A DNA stretch of 64,000 nt from Candidatus Pacearchaeota archaeon (GTDB lineage: Archaea > Nanobdellota > Nanobdellia > Pacearchaeales > JAHJTO01), in the NCBI GenBank assembly GCA_038849525.1, contig JAWCMS010000001.1, positions 206,584 through 270,583 of the forward strand, read 5' to 3'. The notes below the pieces were generated by a model. The model saw only the letters and a program-made list of their open reading frames with translations. It was not told the origin of the DNA and made no database searches. A program made the translations under genes and the position numbers. Of this stretch, positions 58,129 through 64,000 are shown piece by piece. The stretch's first letter is position 1, and each line of letters starts with the position of its first letter.

Positions 58129-58386
58129 TTAAGTTTGGTAAACGATATACTTAATACCCTTTTTTTCAACTTTTGAAATACTTTCTTTTAACTTATCTTC
58201 ATCCCCTATTTTAGCATCAATATAATATGCATTACAATAGAGCCCTATATTTTCAAGTCTTAATTTAATCAATCTATCATGCTCTTTGTTAGAATCGAGA
58301 AAATCAATATATCCCGAATACATTGGAGCATCTAATCCTTCTATTTTTGGAATATCCCTTCCGCCTATAAGTATTCTTTTCTGCAT
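58129..58386 (-). CDS. Hypothetical protein (85 aa)
   Basis: Compact ORF downstream of the PAC2-family gene. No recognisable motif. Confidence 0.4.
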   Translation of the reverse strand: MQKRILIGGRDIPKIEGLDAPMYSGYIDFLDSNKEHDRLIKLRLENIGLYCNAYYIDAKIGDEDKLKESISKVEKKGIKYIVYQT

Positions 58387-58435
58387 TTTAAGAATTATGA
58401 TAATTAGGGATTTTTAAAATTTTTGAAAAAGCTTA

Positions 58436-59140
58436 TCAGCCAAAATAAGTTTCTTTTTTCTCCTTTATTTTTGAAATTTCTTTTGTTTTCATTAAAATTT
58501 CTCTTATTTTCTTTTCAAAATCCTCTGCTTTCTTTACTAGTGGTTTATAGTCTACTTTCAATTTTAAGTAATTGTCTAAAACTTCTATCACTTTCGCTGC
58601 TGCTCTGCTATCAGGAAGTTCTGATATTGCTTCTGTAAATATAAATGTTGTTTCAGGCATTTTTGTCATTAATGATGCTGTAACCCCTACGATAATTCCT
58701 TCATCTATTTCACGCATTTTTAAATTTTCAAAACGTTTTCTTTTTTCTTCATCTTTCGTAAAGAAAAAAGCTTCTGGTTCCGGAGGTTTATTGTCAGAAG
58801 AAATTCCCTCTATTGATATAATTTCTTTAGCTTTTATTTCTTCTGCTAATTTTGCTATACTTTCAGTGATTTCCCATTCAAGGCCATTGACATTTGCTAT
58901 TGCTCTTATTATTACTATATTATTTTTTTCATCATAGAAAATTCCTAAAGGCTCTACAATTTGTCCTCTATGAATCGCAATTATTGCAGGTATTTTATCT
59001 GAAGAAATTTTTCCTATAAGCCTTGCATTTAAATGATCGACAAGGTATTCAGTTGCTATTGTACTTACTAATCCAAATCCTGGAAAACCTTCTATTATAA
59101 CAGCCCCTTTTTTCGGTTTTTCTTTTAATTCTATTTGCAT
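58436..59140 (-). CDS. PAC2-family proteasome assembly chaperone (PbaA/PbaB-like)
   Basis: N-terminal AVIIEGFPGFGLVSTIATEYL signature of the PAC2 family. About 235 aa. Confidence 0.75.
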   Translation of the reverse strand: MQIELKEKPKKGAVIIEGFPGFGLVSTIATEYLVDHLNARLIGKISSDKIPAIIAIHRGQIVEPLGIFYDEKNNIVIIRAIANVNGLEWEITESIAKLAEEIKAKEIISIEGISSDNKPPEPEAFFFTKDEEKRKRFENLKMREIDEGIIVGVTASLMTKMPETTFIFTEAISELPDSRAAAKVIEVLDNYLKLKVDYKPLVKKAEDFEKKIREILMKTKEISKIKEKKETYFG

Positions 59141-59206
59141 TTAAAAAAACTTAAATTTTTGTTACCTCTTTTTATTATATTATTTTAATTAATGTTATTT
59201 ATAAAG

Positions 59207-60970
59207 TTATTCAAGCACGGCTTTAATTCTCCTTATTCCGGCAGCAATGCCTTCTTCTTTGATAATCTTAAAGTGTCCAAGTTCTTTGGTATTTTTAACG
59301 TGAGGCCCTGCACAAATTTCAATACTATAATTGCCTATTTTATATACCGAAACTCTTTCTGTATATTTCGCACCAAATTGTGCTTGTGCACCAATTTTTT
59401 TAGCTTCTTCGACTGACATTTCTTCTTTTTCAACAGGCAATGCTTTTTTTATTATATTATTGACTTCTTGTTCAACTGCTTTTAATTGCTCATCTGTTAG
59501 TTTCTTATCATAATTAAAATCAAATCTTAATCTTTCTGGGGTTATATTTGAGCCTTTTTGAACAATATCCTTGCTTATGACTCTTCTTAACGCCTCATTT
59601 AAAAGGTGAGTTGCTGTATGGAGTTTTATTGTTTCTTCTGTAACTTCTCCTAAACCTCCTCTAAATCTCTTCTCTGCCCCTATTCTTGACAAATCTTGAT
59701 GTCTTAAAAATTCTTTATTAAATTCATCTTTTTCTCTAAATCTAATGTTTTTCTCAACAGCAAGTTCTTCTATGATTTCCAAAGGAAATCCAAATGACTG
59801 GTATAAAAGAAAAGCTTCTTTACCACTAATTTCCCCATCTTTCGTTATTTCTTCGAATTTTTTTAATCCTTTTTCGAGAGTTTCACGAAATTTATTTTCT
59901 TCTTTTTCAATTTCTACAAAAATAAAATTTTTATTTCTATTTAGTTCAGGATAATCAGGAGCATAAATTTTAATTACTTCTTTTGCTATTTCTTTTACAA
60001 AATTTTCTTTTACTCCAAGAATTCTTGCATGTCTTACTGCCCTCCTAATTAATCTTCTGAGAATATAACCTTGGTCTACATTGCTTGGAGCAATATGCTT
60101 TTCATCACCTAATATAAAAGTTGCAGCTTTTATATGATCTGCGATTATTCTCATGCTTCTTGTTTCTTCTTTATCTTTTCCATATTTCTTTTTGCTTATT
60201 TTTTCTATTATCTCTATTAAAGGCATAAAAGTTTCAGTTAAATAATCATCATTTATTCCATTCACTATCGCGAGAGTTCTTTCTACACCCATACCTGTAT
60301 CGACATTTTTCTGTTTTAATGCTTCGAACCTGCCATCGATTGTCTTATTGTACTGCATAAAAACATCGTTCCAAATTTCACACCATTCTTCAGGTTTAGA
60401 TTTAGGATTGCTTTCTTTTGTGATTTTTTTACCCACAAAAAAGAACATTTCTGTATCTGGCCCACATGGTCCTGTTGTTCCGGCAGGGCCCCACCAATTT
60501 GCTGATTTAGGCATGAATACAATTTTGTCTTTTGGAATTCCCAACTTCAACCATATCTCTGCTGCTTCTTCGTCTTTTGGAGCATCTTTATCTCCTTCAA
60601 AGCAAGTTACCGCTAATTTTTCGACAGGTAGTTTTAATTTTTTTGTTAGAAATTCAAATGAGAATTCTATAGCTTCTTTCTTAAAATAATCCCCTAAGCT
60701 CCAGTTGCCAAGCATTTCAAAGAAAGTATGATGAAATTCATCACCGACTTCATCTATATCTGTTGTTCTAATACATTTTTGGACGCTTGCGAGCCTCTTG
60801 CCTAAAGGATGTTTCTGACCTAATAAATATGGAACTAAGGGATGCATTCCTGCTGTTGTAAAAAGAACAGAGGGATCATTTTCAGGAATAAGAGAAGAAG
60901 AGGGAATTATTTCATGATTTTTAGATTTAAAAAAATCTAAATATAATTTAATTAACTCTTTTCTTTTCAT
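59207..60970 (-). CDS. alaS: Alanyl-tRNA synthetase, short form (catalytic + tRNA-recognition + editing domains, no C-Ala domain)
   Basis: N-terminal FTTAGMHPLVPYLLG and HHTFFEMLGNWSLGDYFK (class II AlaRS). Editing-domain HTATHLL ... CAGPHV motifs. Only 587 aa. Confidence 0.85.
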   Translation of the reverse strand: MKRKELIKLYLDFFKSKNHEIIPSSSLIPENDPSVLFTTAGMHPLVPYLLGQKHPLGKRLASVQKCIRTTDIDEVGDEFHHTFFEMLGNWSLGDYFKKEAIEFSFEFLTKKLKLPVEKLAVTCFEGDKDAPKDEEAAEIWLKLGIPKDKIVFMPKSANWWGPAGTTGPCGPDTEMFFFVGKKITKESNPKSKPEEWCEIWNDVFMQYNKTIDGRFEALKQKNVDTGMGVERTLAIVNGINDDYLTETFMPLIEIIEKISKKKYGKDKEETRSMRIIADHIKAATFILGDEKHIAPSNVDQGYILRRLIRRAVRHARILGVKENFVKEIAKEVIKIYAPDYPELNRNKNFIFVEIEKEENKFRETLEKGLKKFEEITKDGEISGKEAFLLYQSFGFPLEIIEELAVEKNIRFREKDEFNKEFLRHQDLSRIGAEKRFRGGLGEVTEETIKLHTATHLLNEALRRVISKDIVQKGSNITPERLRFDFNYDKKLTDEQLKAVEQEVNNIIKKALPVEKEEMSVEEAKKIGAQAQFGAKYTERVSVYKIGNYSIEICAGPHVKNTKELGHFKIIKEEGIAAGIRRIKAVLE

Positions 60971-61084
60971 CTTTTATTGATTTATTTCTAAGTTTAAAAT
61001 CCTTACTATGCTTCTTTTTTTATAAAAGATTAAACAATAAACTAATTTATTAAATACCTATATATTAAGAATAAGTTCTAGTTT

Positions 61085-61480
61085 TTATTGTAAACTTAAT
61101 ATTTTTTTCTTTATATTTTCCAATTCAAGCATTAAAGTATCCTCTTTTGTAAGTTTGGTTTCTTTTATAGGTTGTTTTTCTTCTATTACATGTTTTTTTA
61201 CGATATATGGAATATCTTTTATTTTTGGAAGTTTTTCTATTAATTGGTATATTAAGTTAGATGTTTCCCTCATGTATCTCTTTGCAAGAGCTCGTTCTTT
61301 TATTTCTTGATTCGTTTTTTCTTTGAATCTTTTAGATATAAGTTGCATTTTTATGCTAGAAGCAGATATTTCAAGTAATGTACGCTTTAACTCTATGGAA
61401 TCTGAAGGTTCTAATTTAATAAAAATATCTTTACTTTCTTCTATTTCATCATTATTTTTCATATAAAAAACCTCCATCAA
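61085..61480 (-). CDS. Coiled-coil hypothetical protein (131 aa)
   Basis: KE-rich helical protein. 7 nt downstream of the proline-repeat gene, a likely operon. Confidence 0.45.
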   Translation of the reverse strand: MMEVFYMKNNDEIEESKDIFIKLEPSDSIELKRTLLEISASSIKMQLISKRFKEKTNQEIKERALAKRYMRETSNLIYQLIEKLPKIKDIPYIVKKHVIEEKQPIKETKLTKEDTLMLELENIKKKILSLQ

Positions 61481-61487
61481 TAAAAAA

Positions 61488-61973
61488 TCAAATGCTAAAA
61501 AGTTTTTTATCTATAATTTCTATTTTTTCTTTTATTGTGTTGATTTCTTGAGCCCATATATTTAACTCTTCTTCTTCTTTTGCTCTTGTTTCTTTTATTT
61601 TTTCTAGAAGATTAGATGTTTCATGAATCTTTTTCTTTATCATCTCAAGATTTGCTATTGCATCTCTATACTTATCTATTTTAACAAAAATAGGTTGTTC
61701 TTTAATCTCTTTAATCTTTTCAGTTTCAAATTCTTTTTTTTCGATATCACTTATTTCCATAGTTACTGGTTTTACAGGAACTTTTATTTGCTCAGGTTCT
61801 AATAATAACTTAGGAGAAGGAGAGGGCAATGAAGGTAAAGAAGGTAATGTAGGTATTTCTTTTTCTTGAGGTACTTTCGGTAATTCCGGAAATTTAGGCA
61901 GTTCAGGCAATTCAGGAAGCTCAGGAAGACTTGGTAGTTCTTTTTTAACGCCCTTTTTTTTGAAAATACTCAT
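61488..61973 (-). CDS. Hypothetical protein with tandem ELP/LPS proline-rich repeats followed by coiled coil
   Basis: LPSLPELPELPELPKFPELPKVPQEKEIPTLPSLPSLPSPSP followed by a helical KE-rich C-terminus. The nucleotide repeats are visible on the minus strand. Confidence 0.5.
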   Translation of the reverse strand: MSIFKKKGVKKELPSLPELPELPELPKFPELPKVPQEKEIPTLPSLPSLPSPSPKLLLEPEQIKVPVKPVTMEISDIEKKEFETEKIKEIKEQPIFVKIDKYRDAIANLEMIKKKIHETSNLLEKIKETRAKEEEELNIWAQEINTIKEKIEIIDKKLFSI

Positions 61974-62075
61974 AACATACTAAGTTTAAAAGTTTATATA
62001 AAAGTTATGTTTAGATTACGTAGTAGTAACATATAAAATCAAAAGATATATATTTTCTAACTTTTTTTCGATGAG

Positions 62076-62744
62076 ATGCAGACTGAATACTTTAAGCTTT
62101 TAAAAGAACTTGTTGTACAAGTAGCAGGAAAAAACACAGAAGCAGTAATAGACATACTTAAAGATGGAAAACCTATCAATGAGTTTAAAATAGCAGATAG
62201 GCTAAAGATGACTATCAATCAAGCAAGAAACATTCTTTATAAATTATATAATCAAAATATTGTCTCTTTTGTAAGAAAAAAAGATGAAAAAAAAGGGTGG
62301 TATATTTATTCGTGGAGTTTAAATGTACCAAAAGCATTAGAGAGGCTCAAAATATTAAAAGAAAAAGAACTTAACAATCTTAATTATCAGCTTAATAGTA
62401 GGGAAAATAAAAGATTTTACAATTGTCCTAATAAATGTACAGAATTTAATGAGGAAAGTGCTATGCTTCACCATTTTACATGCCCCGAATGCGGTACTGT
62501 TTTACAGCTTGAATCTAGCGAAGAGTTAACTAAAGATTTGAAAAATAAAATAGTAAAGACAAAGCAAGAAATAATTGATATTGACAATGAATTAAAAAAA
62601 ATAGAATCTATAAGGCTTATGAAACTTGAAGCAGAAAGGCTTGCTAAAAAAAAGAAAAGATTAATAGCTATAAAAAGAGCAAGAAAGAAAAATAAGAAAA
62701 AAATAAAAAAATTGAGAAAATCAAGATTAAAATCAAAAAAATAA
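62076..62744 (+). CDS. tfe: Transcription factor E (TFE alpha) with lysine-rich C-terminal tail
   Basis: Winged helix (GWYIYSWSL) followed by a zinc ribbon (CPNKC...CPECG). An extended KKKR-rich tail. Confidence 0.8.
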   Translation: MQTEYFKLLKELVVQVAGKNTEAVIDILKDGKPINEFKIADRLKMTINQARNILYKLYNQNIVSFVRKKDEKKGWYIYSWSLNVPKALERLKILKEKELNNLNYQLNSRENKRFYNCPNKCTEFNEESAMLHHFTCPECGTVLQLESSEELTKDLKNKIVKTKQEIIDIDNELKKIESIRLMKLEAERLAKKKKRLIAIKRARKKNKKKIKKLRKSRLKSKK

Positions 62745-62754
62745 AAAATAAAAA

Positions 62755-63405
62755 ATGATAAAAAGATATAGTAATATTACTTTATGGCTTATAGGAATAA
62801 ATATCATATTTTTTCTTATTTCAATAATACTGATTAGCATCTATCCTCAATTTATTTATTCAATCGCATTACAACCTTCTTCTTTTCTTCATGGAAAGTT
62901 TTGGACAATAATTACAAGCATGTTTATGCACGGTGATGTTTCGCATCTTTTTATGAATATGTTCTCATTGATATTTTTAGGAAGCTTTTTGGAGAGACTT
63001 ATAGGAAGCAGAAGGTTCTTGGCAATTTATTTTGTTTCAGGTATTGTTGCAGGAATATTCTTTATTTTATTCAGTTTTTTTCCTTTAAACAGTGTTCCAG
63101 GACTTGGAGTATCTGAAAAAGCTCTTGCAGTTGGAGCATCAGGAGCGATATTTGGGGTTGCAGGAATGCTTGCAATTTTGACTCCAAGAATGCCTATCTA
63201 TGTAATGTTTATTCCAGTTGCAATGCCGATGTGGTTTGGTGTAATTTTAATTCTTTTGGTCTTTACTTTACTTTCTGCATTTGCAGGTTTGCCTATAGGG
63301 AATTCAGCACATCTTGGCGGGTTAGTGGCAGGGGTGATTTATGCACTTTATTTAAAAAATAAGTATAAAAAAAAGGCAAGGATTATAGCTAAATTTTATT
63401 CTTAA
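62755..63405 (+). CDS. Rhomboid family intramembrane serine protease
   Basis: 6-TM protein with GASGAIFGV (catalytic Ser in GxSG) and a His in AHLGGL. A HxxxN-like segment upstream. Confidence 0.85.
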   Translation: MIKRYSNITLWLIGINIIFFLISIILISIYPQFIYSIALQPSSFLHGKFWTIITSMFMHGDVSHLFMNMFSLIFLGSFLERLIGSRRFLAIYFVSGIVAGIFFILFSFFPLNSVPGLGVSEKALAVGASGAIFGVAGMLAILTPRMPIYVMFIPVAMPMWFGVILILLVFTLLSAFAGLPIGNSAHLGGLVAGVIYALYLKNKYKKKARIIAKFYS

Positions 63406-63409
63406 AATA

Positions 63410-63931
63410 TCAAAAATAGTTAGATAATCTTTTTTGCTGATTAAATTCTTTTATTAATATAGAGCGTTTTATGAACTCTTCTATTGGCAGCTTCATTCTT
63501 TTCTGTGCTTGTTGAAGAGCTTCTTTTAGTGTCGAAAATTTTTCTGGTTGTTTTTGGAATGCTGAGCGTGTACATTCCCTTAAAATACCTACACCACAAG
63601 GAGCCCAGTATTCTGGACGACACTCTCTTAGTACTAAAACAGATGCTTGTTTTTTAATTTTTTTTAAATATTCAGCAACAGAAAGTCTAACAGCATAATA
63701 TCCTCCTGTAACATTTGTAGCATAATTTTTTCTTCCATACCAACTTTCATAATCACACATAAAATACAATTCTTCAGAAGGATTCCATACACTTCCTGGA
63801 ACTTTTGCTTCTAATACCTCAAAAGAAAATATAGATGGCAAAAAAATAATTTCATAATGATTGCCGAGGTATTCTGCATTAAATAAGAAGAAATTAGAAA
63901 TTAAAGGAAAATATCTTATTTCTTTTAGCAT
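63410..63931 (-). CDS. Hypothetical protein (at least 173 aa); start may lie upstream
   Basis: Coding-like ORF with several Cys/His and aromatic residues. No recognisable family. Confidence 0.4.
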   Translation of the reverse strand: MLKEIRYFPLISNFFLFNAEYLGNHYEIIFLPSIFSFEVLEAKVPGSVWNPSEELYFMCDYESWYGRKNYATNVTGGYYAVRLSVAEYLKKIKKQASVLVLRECRPEYWAPCGVGILRECTRSAFQKQPEKFSTLKEALQQAQKRMKLPIEEFIKRSILIKEFNQQKRLSNYF

Positions 63932-64000
63932 TAAATCTGAAAGATTTGAATCGGTTGCTGTTATTGCCCATCTTGTCGGTACTAATTTTCGTTCTTTTTT

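Noticed and set aside
1-64000. Search for CRISPR arrays, rRNA genes, integrases/transposases or inverted-repeat-bounded mobile elements
   Set aside because: No regularly spaced direct repeats were found, nor rRNA-like GC-rich segments or recombinase motifs. The only nucleotide-level repeats are in-frame coding repeats (ELP units at 61800..61940) and the short GGCACTAC motifs upstream of glyS.

Overview
This is a very AT-rich (about 30% GC), gene-dense archaeal window; the lineage call is inference from gene content. Archaeal information-processing genes present are EF-1beta, aIF2alpha plus a short Nop10, TFB, TFE, Alba, an Sm protein, ribosomal S15/L44e/S3Ae/S8e/S17e, GINS51, a RecJ/GAN-like DHH nuclease, Bud32 and SRP54/FtsY. 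There are 8 tRNA genes, 3 of them with introns, together with a full tRNA-processing/splicing toolkit (RNase Z, EndA, RtcB, archease). The three aaRS genes are GlyRS, a bacterial-type LeuRS and a short AlaRS. A class II adenosylcobalamin-dependent RNR sits next to a CobO-type adenosyltransferase, and an archaeal phosphoglycerate mutase is also present. The small, patchy gene complement fits a reduced-genome DPANN-type archaeon. Accessory content is: (i) an 8.6 kb surface-glycosylation island with three ArnT/PMT-like GT-C membrane transferases, two GT2 enzymes, an LbH acetyltransferase, a B12-binding radical SAM enzyme and a BNR-repeat propeller protein; (ii) a four-gene cluster of secreted/membrane proteins (3167..7145), one with a type IV pilin-like (class III) signal peptide, next to a PibD/FlaK-type prepilin peptidase; (iii) a tRNA-flanked 6.8 kb operon with a 634-aa protein carrying a textbook MVKGQ class III signal peptide and a 1635-aa secreted, cysteine-rich giant protein, the best candidate for an undescribed surface appendage/adhesion system; (iv) an ABC/FtsX module with a secreted partner; and (v) several small genes missing from the ORF track (Nop10, two tandem paralogous Zn-ribbon genes, and a paralog interrupted by an in-frame stop). 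No CRISPR array, rRNA or obvious mobile element was seen.
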